15,304 bases of DNA from a virus, in UHGV virus genome UHGV-0078760, one strand, 5' to 3'. The position numbers were made by a program, and so were the translations under genes. Within the stretch, counting starts at the first letter, position 1. Each line of letters opens with the position of its first letter. Below the pieces are notes generated by a model. It was given only the letters and a program-made list of their open reading frames with translations, had not been told where the DNA came from and made no database searches. Below are positions 6,849 through 13,703 of the stretch, piece by piece.

Positions 6849-7415
6849 GTGGATAAACAACACTGGAAAGTAGAGCGACAACCAGCTTGGCTGGTGGCTG
6901 CAATCAAAAGAACGATCGCCGAAATGTCTGGTGGGTATGCCGAAGCAGCTGAATGGCTTGGTCTGTACCGCGCTGGAAAACTCTCAACGGATGCACTCTA
7001 TAACCGACTACGTAACGAAGGTGATCAAATTTTCCCGCTTGAGTGGGCGATGGTGCTTCAGGATGCGAGCGGTACTAAGTATGTCACCGATGCGATAGCC
7101 CGCCGTAGTGGTGGTGTATTCGTTCCGCTGGTGGAAGTAGATGATCTTGATAACGGCGATATCAACCAGCGTCTGATGGAGTCAATCGAATGGATTGGCA
7201 AACACTCGCAGTACCTGCGTAAGGCAACCGCCGACGGGGTTATTGATCCGGCAGAACGTGAGCAGATTGAAGAGAACAGTTATCAGGTAATGGCTAAGTG
7301 GCAGGAGCATTTGACGCTGCTATTCCGTGTTTTCTGCGCGCCAGAAAAGAATGACGCCCGCGAGTGTGCAGCTCCGGGCGCCTTGGCGAACAACTCTTCG
7401 AGTATGGAGAAATAA
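6849..7415 (+). CDS. YdaT-like protein in the CII position (putative lysis/lysogeny regulator)
   Basis: 188-aa ORF directly after cro; GTG start with AGGGGA SD 5 nt upstream. The YdaS/YdaT-type pairing is recalled from Rac-like prophages; homology not verified. Confidence 0.65.
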   Translation: MDKQHWKVERQPAWLVAAIKRTIAEMSGGYAEAAEWLGLYRAGKLSTDALYNRLRNEGDQIFPLEWAMVLQDASGTKYVTDAIARRSGGVFVPLVEVDDLDNGDINQRLMESIEWIGKHSQYLRKATADGVIDPAEREQIEENSYQVMAKWQEHLTLLFRVFCAPEKNDARECAAPGALANNSSSMEK

Positions 7416-7587
7416 TCCGCATGAGCAGTTTAACGGCTTTTAACCGTCTACCGCAACTCAGGATGATCCCGGTTTCGGGTACTCCGTTGTTTCGGTATGA
7501 ACGCAGATTATCAAACCGCTGGATTCCGTGTAACCACAGTAGGGCGGTTTCAATTGTGGGGGTCTACAACCGGAGGGCAAAACGCCA

Positions 7588-7767
7588 GTGCGCGAACTTA
7601 ACCGAAGGTTCAAAGACCACCGCGGAGTGTCTGTCCGTGTTATCCGCTGGGAACCAGAAACACAACGCGTTATCTACCTGCGTGATGGCTACCCGCACGA
7701 ATGCTTCAGCCCACTTGAGCATTTCAGGCAAAAGTTCAGGGAGATAACGGACGATCATGAGCACTAA
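7588..7767 (+). CDS. Possible small ORF, 59 aa (MRELNRRFKDHRGVSVRVIRWEPETQRVIYLRDGYPHECFSPLEHFRQKFREITDDHEH); GTG start
   Basis: Manual translation; protein-like composition in contrast to the S/R-rich 108-aa track ORF (7364..7747) in another frame. GGAGG 10 nt upstream of GTG; 3' end overlaps the initiator gene by 11 nt. Speculative. Confidence 0.25.
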   Translation: MRELNRRFKDHRGVSVRVIRWEPETQRVIYLRDGYPHECFSPLEHFRQKFREITDDHEH

Positions 7768-8614
7768 ATTAACCGGCTACGTATGGGATGGTTGCGCGGC
7801 GTCGGGCATGAAGTTGTCTAGTGTCGCGATCATGGCGCGCCTTGCTGATTTTAGCAGCGATGAGGGGGTGTGCTGGCCGTCTATTGAAACTATCGCTCGC
7901 CAGCTTGGCGCAGGGCCGAGCACTATCAGAACGGCAATCGCTAAGCTTGAAAAAGATGGCTGGCTCACGCGTACACAGCGCCGTAATGGTAACCGTAATG
8001 CTTCGAACGTTTACCGCCTGAATGTGGCGAAACTTCAGGCTGCCGCATTTTCTCAACTGTCAGATTCTGACACGTCAAAATCTGACGCATCAAATTTTGA
8101 CACCTCAAAAGCTGACCCGTCGAAATCTGGCAAAAATGGCGGTTTTGACCCGTCAGAATCTGGCGGGGATCCGTCAGTAAAATCAAAACAAGATCCACAA
8201 GTAACTTCAAAACCCTCTTGTCCGGTTGCGGCGCAACCAGACCCTGAAGTCGTGATTACTGATCAGGCAATTTTGGTTCTGACCCATTTGAACCAGATCA
8301 GCGGATCCCGGTATCAGAAATCAAAAACATCCCTGGAGAACATCCGTGCCCGACTGCGTGAGGGATACAGCGTTGCAGACCTGCAACTTGTTATCGACCT
8401 GAAGCATGAGCACTGGCACGAGAACGACGAGCAGTACCAGTACATGCGTCCGGAAACGCTGTTCGGCCCGAAGAAATTCGAGAGCTATCTGCAAAGCGCT
8501 ACCTGCTGGGAGCAGAAGGGACGGCCTAAACGGGCTGACTGGGGCGCGAAAAAGCGCGATGTGATGGCTTTTGGTCCGGTTGAAACAACGATTCCAGAGG
8601 GGTTCAGAGGATGA
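7757..8614 (+). CDS. Replication initiator protein (N-terminal winged-helix DNA-binding domain; C-terminal conserved phage replication domain); lambda O analogue
   Basis: 285 aa in the O position; low-complexity Ser/Asp/Lys-rich central linker encoded by DNA iterons; C-terminal segment (..ILVLTHLNQISGSRYQ...ETLFGPKKFESYL..) recalled as the Phg_2220_C-type domain of phage replication proteins. Confidence 0.8.
   Translation: MSTKLTGYVWDGCAASGMKLSSVAIMARLADFSSDEGVCWPSIETIARQLGAGPSTIRTAIAKLEKDGWLTRTQRRNGNRNASNVYRLNVAKLQAAAFSQLSDSDTSKSDASNFDTSKADPSKSGKNGGFDPSESGGDPSVKSKQDPQVTSKPSCPVAAQPDPEVVITDQAILVLTHLNQISGSRYQKSKTSLENIRARLREGYSVADLQLVIDLKHEHWHENDEQYQYMRPETLFGPKKFESYLQSATCWEQKGRPKRADWGAKKRDVMAFGPVETTIPEGFRG
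8066..8180. repeat. Candidate origin of replication: iterons of a 10-bp near-palindrome TGACnCnTCA at about 15-bp spacing inside the initiator gene, followed by an A-rich tract
   Basis: TGACACGTCA 8068-8077, TGACGCATCA 8083-8092, TGACACCTCA 8098-8107, TGACCCGTCG 8113-8122, TGACCCGTCA 8146-8155, plus degenerate copies; A-rich 8177-8215. Analogous to lambda ori inside gene O. Confidence 0.6.
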
Positions 8615-9930
8615 CGTTAAACAAATATTGCCAGGCGCTGGCGGCACTGCGCAGCAAACCAGCCCACGAACTGAAAGAGGTTGGCGATCAGTGGCGAACA
8701 CCGGATCTGCTTTTCTGGGGTATCAACGCGCTATTTGGTCCATTAGTTCTGGACTTGTTTGCTGACGACGACAACGCGAAGTGCCCGGCATGGTACACCG
8801 CCGAAGATAATGCACTGACACAGGACTGGTCTGAACGTCTGGCAGAACTGGGTGGTGCAGGTTATGGCAACCCACCGTATAGCCGTTCGCAGTACCACGA
8901 GAAACAGGCGATCACCGGCATGACGCACATCATGAACTACGCAGCAGCCCAGCGCGAAAAGGGCGGTCGCTATGTATTCCTGATAAAAGCTGCGCCGAGC
9001 GAAACGTGGTGGCCGGAAGATGCCGATCACATTGTATTCATCCGCGGGCGCATTGGGTTCGATCTGCCAGTGTGGTTTGTACCTGCTGACGAAAAACAAA
9101 AACCCACCAGCGCGTTTTTTGCCGGTGCCATAGCTGTATTCGATAAGTCATGGCGTGGCGAGCGTTTCAGCTATATCAACCGTACAGAACTGGAGGCAAA
9201 AGGGCGTGCGTTTATGGCTTTGGCACAATTTGCTGCCAGCAAACCTCAACCAGCAACGTCCACACCAACAGTAGCCGGTAAGCCAGAAACAGAGTTGCCA
9301 CTCACCCAGAAAGATATTTTTGATATCAGCGGTGTCGAAGCGTGGGCATGTGTTAGAGCTGCGTTCGGCGATAAAGAAGAATACACATTCAGTGAATCGA
9401 AGTTTGGGCATACCTGGGCGGCGGATTCTGTCGAAGCACCGGAATTCTCTCAGGTATCACCATTAACGATCGACAAAGCGAAGCTGCTTATTCGTGAGAG
9501 TATTTTGTTCGGTGTGGATGAGTGGCTGTTGTCGATTCAATTCGATGACGCTGCTGCGCGCCTGGATATGTCGGAACGTATTCGCACTGTTGCCCTTGAA
9601 GCATCCGGTGAATATGGCATGAACAGTGCTGATTTCATTGCAGCTATGGGAAGCCTGGATGTTTCCAGTTGGTCCAATATTCGCCACATCCGCATGCACA
9701 TCCGTGAGAAAGCTAAACCAGTGGCGGATCCGCTTCCCGAGTCCCGTATCTGGCCGTTGGAGGTTGGAATTGTATTCGACCAGGTTGATGGCGCTGACAT
9801 GCTGGATGAATCACAGCAGAACAAGCTGAAAGCCAATATCAATCAACTCTGGCTGGAGCGGACGGCCACCAGCGAAATCATTACTGCAGCTTCTGAACTT
9901 GTTCGCAGTATGAGGGGAGAGGCCGCGTGA
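8611..9930 (+). CDS. Phage Dam-like N6-adenine DNA methyltransferase (N-terminal about 190 aa with NPPY motif) fused to a C-terminal region of about 240 aa of unknown function
   Basis: ATG overlaps the initiator stop (ATGA). Translation shows WRTPDLLF...DLFADDDNA...GNPPYS, recalled as the phage Dam family pattern. The C-terminal half has no motif I recognise. Confidence 0.8.
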   Translation: MTLNKYCQALAALRSKPAHELKEVGDQWRTPDLLFWGINALFGPLVLDLFADDDNAKCPAWYTAEDNALTQDWSERLAELGGAGYGNPPYSRSQYHEKQAITGMTHIMNYAAAQREKGGRYVFLIKAAPSETWWPEDADHIVFIRGRIGFDLPVWFVPADEKQKPTSAFFAGAIAVFDKSWRGERFSYINRTELEAKGRAFMALAQFAASKPQPATSTPTVAGKPETELPLTQKDIFDISGVEAWACVRAAFGDKEEYTFSESKFGHTWAADSVEAPEFSQVSPLTIDKAKLLIRESILFGVDEWLLSIQFDDAAARLDMSERIRTVALEASGEYGMNSADFIAAMGSLDVSSWSNIRHIRMHIREKAKPVADPLPESRIWPLEVGIVFDQVDGADMLDESQQNKLKANINQLWLERTATSEIITAASELVRSMRGEAA

Positions 9931-10313
9931 AACTGATCCTGCCTTTTCCTCCGAGCGTGAACACTTACTGGCGCGCCCCTAACAAGGGGCCGCTGGCCGG
10001 TCGTCACCTCATTAGCGCTGATGGCCGTAAATACCAGAGCGCTGCCTGCGTGGCGATCATTGAGCAATTACGACGCCTTCCAAAGCCATCGACTGAACTT
10101 GCAGCGGTAGAAATCACCCTGTACCCGCCGGATGCGCGCCGCCGGGATATCGATAATTACAACAAAGCCCTGTTTGACGCGCTGACGCATGCGGGTGTCT
10201 GGGAAGACGACAGCCAGATTAAGCGCATGCTGGTGGAATGGGGACCCGTTGTGCCGAAAGGTCGGGTAGAGATAACGATCAGCAGATATGAACCGGCGGG
10301 TGCAGCCGCCTGA
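9927..10313 (+). CDS. rusA: RusA Holliday-junction resolvase (crossover junction endodeoxyribonuclease)
   Basis: 128 aa; GTG start overlapping the methyltransferase stop (GTGA); pattern LPFPPSVNTYWR...RRRDIDNYNKALFDALTHAGVWEDDSQI matches RusA, including the catalytic acidic cluster. Confidence 0.85.
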   Translation: MKLILPFPPSVNTYWRAPNKGPLAGRHLISADGRKYQSAACVAIIEQLRRLPKPSTELAAVEITLYPPDARRRDIDNYNKALFDALTHAGVWEDDSQIKRMLVEWGPVVPKGRVEITISRYEPAGAAA

Positions 10314-10326
10314 TATGGAGAAAAGT

Positions 10327-11013
10327 ATGAGCCAGTTTATCGTGAATGGTGTAGTAACAATGTCCAGCCGTGATATTGCGGATCTGGTTCAGAGTAAACA
10401 CAGTGACGTGAAACGCTCGGCTGAGCGTCTTGTTGCTGCGGGAATTTTAACCGCGCCGTTGGCGCAGTTCGATTTTGAGCATAACGGTAATGTGTACCAG
10501 GAGTATCGTTTTAACAAACGCGACTCTCTGGTGATTGTTGCCAGACTGTCTCCTGAATTTACCGCCGCGGTTGTCGATCGCTGGCAGGAACTGGAAGAAG
10601 GGCAGAGTGTCAGTGTTCCCCGCTCATTGCCGGAAGCGCTTCGCCTGGCTGCTGATTTAGCCGAGCAGAAAGAGCAACTGACCATCCAGCTGGCAGCCGC
10701 GGCGCCAAAAGTGGAGTTTGTTGATCGTTATTGCTCTGCAAAAGGCTCCATGTCATTTCGGCAGGTAGCCAAATTGCTTAACGCAAAAGAAACCGAGTTC
10801 CGCCTGTTCCTCATTGAACGCAATATCCTATATCGCCTCGGCGGCACACTTACCCCCATGGCGCAGCACATTTCCGCGGGAAGATTTGAAGTTAAGACGG
10901 GAACATCGAGTACATCTAACCACGCATTCAGCCAGACGCGTTTCACTGCCAAGGGGGTCCGCTGGATTGGTGGTTTGTGGGCTGAATATATTGCAGGGGG
11001 ACAGGCGGCGTGA
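10327..11013 (+). CDS. Rha-family phage regulatory protein / antirepressor-like (Rha N-terminal domain, KilA-C-like C-terminus)
   Basis: Start at ATG 10327 with GGAGA SD about 8 nt upstream; N-terminal segment MSQFIVNGVVTMSSRDIADLVQSKHSDVKRSAERL typical of Rha/ORF6 regulators; C-terminal domain assignment from memory. Confidence 0.75.
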   Translation: MSQFIVNGVVTMSSRDIADLVQSKHSDVKRSAERLVAAGILTAPLAQFDFEHNGNVYQEYRFNKRDSLVIVARLSPEFTAAVVDRWQELEEGQSVSVPRSLPEALRLAADLAEQKEQLTIQLAAAAPKVEFVDRYCSAKGSMSFRQVAKLLNAKETEFRLFLIERNILYRLGGTLTPMAQHISAGRFEVKTGTSSTSNHAFSQTRFTAKGVRWIGGLWAEYIAGGQAA

Positions 11014-12005
11014 GGGCTTTGTTAACTCCTGAAGTAGCCCATCGTATGGGGATTGTGTTGTTTCGGCCCGGTGCGGAACTGATGCATCTCTTCATGCGCG
11101 GTCGCGTTCTGCTCGAGCCTGAACCAGAAGAAATGGCGTCATTCAGTACAGGGGCTGTTCCCGCCGCCATTCAGCCGCTGGCTGATGATCCGGTAATGCG
11201 GCAGGTCTTCGGGAATGAGCGGGTTATTCAGCGTGCCGGCGGGCTTCCTTCCCTTGAGCAATGGTTGAGTAATCGGTTTGAATGCCAGTGGCCACATTCA
11301 ACGTGGCACGACAAGAACTTCACAACAATGCGGCACCCACCAGGAAGTATTCGCCTGTGCTGGCATTGCGATCACACTTTGTCGGGGCAGCATACCGAAC
11401 AGCTTGCAGGTATAGCGGCCGGAAACCTGGTATCCTGGATTCTGGAAGTCATTCGGCGTGATTCTGGTTTTCCCGAGTCGCATATCCTGACGCTTCCGGA
11501 ACTGTGCTGGTGGATGGTCAGAAACGACCTGGCTGATGTTATTCCGGAAAGCGTTGCGCACAAAGGGCTGCGCCTTCCGGATGAGAAGATCCGCTCTGTC
11601 ATGAGGGAAAGCGACATAGTGCCTTCCTCGTCAGCAACCAGACTCGTGCAGGAGAAGGCGAAGAAGATCCTCACGCTCTCTGTTGATCCTGAGTCGCCAG
11701 AGTCTTTTATGCTCAGGCCAAAACGTCGCCGCTGGATAAATGAGACGTACACCCGCTGGGTTAAAACACAACCCTGTGAGTGTTGCCGACGGCCAGCAGA
11801 TGATCCACACCATATCGTAGGTCACGGTATGGGGGGGACAGCAACAAAAGCCCATGACCTCTTCGTGATCCCTCTGTGCAGAGAGTGCCACGACGAGTTA
11901 CACGCCGATGTACCAGCATTCGAGCAGAAGCATGGTACGCAGCTTGAGCTGCTACTGCGTTTTATTGATCGGGCGCTGGCGATCGGCGTAATTGCGACAG
12001 CTTAA
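11010..12005 (+). CDS. Cys/His-rich protein in the NinG position (recalled as DUF968-like; possible HNH-type nuclease fold)
   Basis: 331 aa; C-terminal cluster CECCRRPADDPHHIVGHG...CRECHDELH; start uncertain (GTG 11010 overlapping upstream stop, or ATG 11046). Confidence 0.6.
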   Translation: MRALLTPEVAHRMGIVLFRPGAELMHLFMRGRVLLEPEPEEMASFSTGAVPAAIQPLADDPVMRQVFGNERVIQRAGGLPSLEQWLSNRFECQWPHSTWHDKNFTTMRHPPGSIRLCWHCDHTLSGQHTEQLAGIAAGNLVSWILEVIRRDSGFPESHILTLPELCWWMVRNDLADVIPESVAHKGLRLPDEKIRSVMRESDIVPSSSATRLVQEKAKKILTLSVDPESPESFMLRPKRRRWINETYTRWVKTQPCECCRRPADDPHHIVGHGMGGTATKAHDLFVIPLCRECHDELHADVPAFEQKHGTQLELLLRFIDRALAIGVIATA

Positions 12006-12026
12006 GTGTATGGAGCGCAAAGAAGC

Positions 12027-12716
12027 ATGAATCAACAAGACCTGAATTTTGTAAGAATAGAATTGCGCCGCGCGCTACCTGACCTCTCTGGGGGAACAAA
12101 AGGGCAGCTTGAGGCTTTCAGTGAACACCCACCAGCAGACAAAAATGCCACCCCGCGCCGTGGAATTCATCTCGTCGAACTTGAAGGAGAGAAGGGGCCA
12201 CGCTTTGTTCACTCGCTTTCCGCGCCACTGTATGTACTGGAAACACGCAGCCGCCGCAGGCCAATGCCGCCGATAAAAGATGCGGAATTTGAGTCCGCGC
12301 CGTGGCGTAGGGCAGTGTCCGCGCTTAGTGGATACCAGCAGGCCTGGTTGCGGTACTGCTACGGCTTTGACCTGAGCTATAAGCACCAGGTGATGATGTG
12401 TGAATACGTCTGGAAAACTTATCAGAAATGCCTGGGTGAAAACTCGCTTCAGGAGCGCGTAGTAAAGAAACTGATAGGCCTGGTATGGCTGGCCGGGCAG
12501 GAAATTGCCGCAACCAGAAATAATGAAACCTATAAAGACTATGCTGGTGCAGCGTTGGCCCGCATGGTTAGCGTTGACCGTTCGACATGGTTGCGTGTCT
12601 ATTCAGGGCACTGGGCTGGGTTAAAGGCCGCTTTTACGCAGCTTGATGAATCTGCGTTGGCCATGGCTCTTGAATACTATGAGGAAGAAGAAGCCCTCAA
12701 AGTGGCAGAAATGTGA
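12027..12716 (+). CDS. Putative late-gene antiterminator (Q-like), assigned mainly by position
   Basis: 229 aa from ATG 12027; immediately upstream of a promoter plus intrinsic terminator arrangement preceding the late/lysis genes. No sequence similarity to lambda Q that I can recognise; a different Q family is possible. Confidence 0.5.
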   Translation: MNQQDLNFVRIELRRALPDLSGGTKGQLEAFSEHPPADKNATPRRGIHLVELEGEKGPRFVHSLSAPLYVLETRSRRRPMPPIKDAEFESAPWRRAVSALSGYQQAWLRYCYGFDLSYKHQVMMCEYVWKTYQKCLGENSLQERVVKKLIGLVWLAGQEIAATRNNETYKDYAGAALARMVSVDRSTWLRVYSGHWAGLKAAFTQLDESALAMALEYYEEEEALKVAEM

Positions 12717-12746
12717 AGTAAATTTCACTATCTCCCTCAAACGCGC

Positions 12747-12775
12747 TTGCAAAATGCAACAAAATAAGCCATATT
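12747..12775 (+). promoter_or_regulatory. Candidate late promoter (PR'-like) with expected Q-utilisation region downstream
   Basis: -35 TTGCAA (12747-12752) - 17 nt - -10 CATATT (12770-12775); about 40-55 nt upstream of an intrinsic terminator, the classical PR'-qut-tR' layout. Confidence 0.4.
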
Positions 12776-12810
12776 TGAAGCATATTTGATATGTTGCCAA
12801 AATTTTATAA

Positions 12811-12833
12811 ACCCGCCGATGAGCGGGTTTTTT
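12811..12833 (+). terminator. Rho-independent terminator (tR'-like) downstream of the Q-like gene
   Basis: Stem ACCCGC / GCGGGT with loop CGATGA (12811-12828) followed by TTTTTT (12828-12833). Confidence 0.7.
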
Positions 12834-12865
12834 GGTATGATGGATTTCTTTTTAGGTGAGTTGTT

Positions 12866-13528
12866 ATGGATATAATTCATTTATTGGAAGTGCTTAATCC
12901 TCTTCAAAATGTAATAACTGTCAAAATTGATAATGACAAAGGGGGCTTTGCGACGTTCAGTGATTTCATAATTGCAGTCGCCCCTACAGTGATTGCTGGT
13001 TTTGCTATTTGGTTTTCTTATAGACAATTCAAAATTAGTCAGAGCAAACAAATTGAACAGTTTAACCATGGAATTAAGCAACAAATTAATGAGTTAAAAA
13101 TAAATACACAACTTGCTACTGAAGTGGAATTAATGAAAGATGAAAGCAAGGCCTTAAGAGAAGCTTTTGTCAGTTTTGTAGATGTCGCTTCATCGATTTA
13201 TAGCAGCAAGTCTGATTTTAAACAGTACGCTGAACGGTTAGGTGAAGATGCACTTAAGCATCAACAGTTATCCTGTCAAGCCATAATTGCTAACAGCAGT
13301 AAGTTCTTGCAAGCTAGATTGTTACTAATCTCTTATCTTAACCTTGATGATCCCGAAGAAAAAAACTTCTACGATTGCATTATTGCTATCGGCGATTGTG
13401 CATTTAATGGCGACGGAACAGGAGAGGATTTAGGGATATTGCAAGGTAAGGGCGCAAGTCTTTGCTTTAAATTAATAAAGAAGAAGCGCGATGCAATATT
13501 AAGCTTAGTAGATAACATCACCGACTAA
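12866..13528 (+). CDS. AT-rich moron: hypothetical protein with a single N-proximal transmembrane helix (FIIAVAPTVIAGFAIWF) and a largely helical soluble region; function unknown
   Basis: 220-aa ORF, ATG with AGGTGA SD 6 nt upstream; codon composition visibly more AT-rich than flanking genes; own extended -10 (TGgTATGAT, 12833-12841) just upstream; hairpin GCCTCTT/AAGAGGC (13543-13559) downstream. Confidence 0.7.
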   Translation: MDIIHLLEVLNPLQNVITVKIDNDKGGFATFSDFIIAVAPTVIAGFAIWFSYRQFKISQSKQIEQFNHGIKQQINELKINTQLATEVELMKDESKALREAFVSFVDVASSIYSSKSDFKQYAERLGEDALKHQQLSCQAIIANSSKFLQARLLLISYLNLDDPEEKNFYDCIIAIGDCAFNGDGTGEDLGILQGKGASLCFKLIKKKRDAILSLVDNITD

Positions 13529-13703
13529 TTACGAAATTTCTGGCCTCTTTTTGAAGAGGCATCCCGCTGTGAAAATGGGCGGCTGGTGGGTGTTAGCGCA
13601 CCCGGCCAGCCATCAGCTCATGCTTTCAGGTCACAAGCTAACCAAGGCCCACCGCTTTAGCGCAAAAGCAACGTGAGCCTATCAGAGTTACGCTTACTGA
13701 TCT

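Noticed and set aside
6623-7415. Cro-like plus YdaT-like pair as a toxin-antitoxin module
   Set aside because: Their position immediately downstream of PR, divergent from cI, fits Cro and CII-position regulators of the immunity region better; no evidence of toxicity visible from sequence.
7364-7747. 108/127-aa ORF as a real gene between the CII-position gene and the initiator
   Set aside because: Begins inside the upstream gene; translation is Ser/Arg/Asn-rich and resembles an off-frame read; not adopted as a feature, though kept as an open question.
6198-12513. Overlapping track ORFs in the cI and plus-strand gene block (6198..6383, 6311..6547, 6605..6808, 7564..7764, 7769..8056, 7777..7968, 7821..8021, 7965..8210, 8321..8701, 8571..8765, 8743..9099, 9148..9411, 9463..9699, 9537..9842, 9626..9829, 9843..10067, 10389..10685, 10728..10952, 10814..11032, 10943..11170, 11298..11561, 11372..11752, 11631..11891, 12075..12386, 12325..12513)
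   Set aside because: Antisense or out-of-frame overlaps with recognisable genes (cI, initiator, Dam-like methyltransferase, RusA, Rha, Cys/His protein, Q-like); no independent start signals or recognisable motifs.
12881-13084. Minus-strand 67-aa ORF inside the moron
   Set aside because: Lies antisense within the AT-rich moron, where AT richness inflates random ORF length.
13529-13703. tRNA or small RNA gene in the late-region intergenic gap (as in some Stx phages)
   Set aside because: No tRNA-like conserved motifs seen; only a GC-rich hairpin, reported separately.
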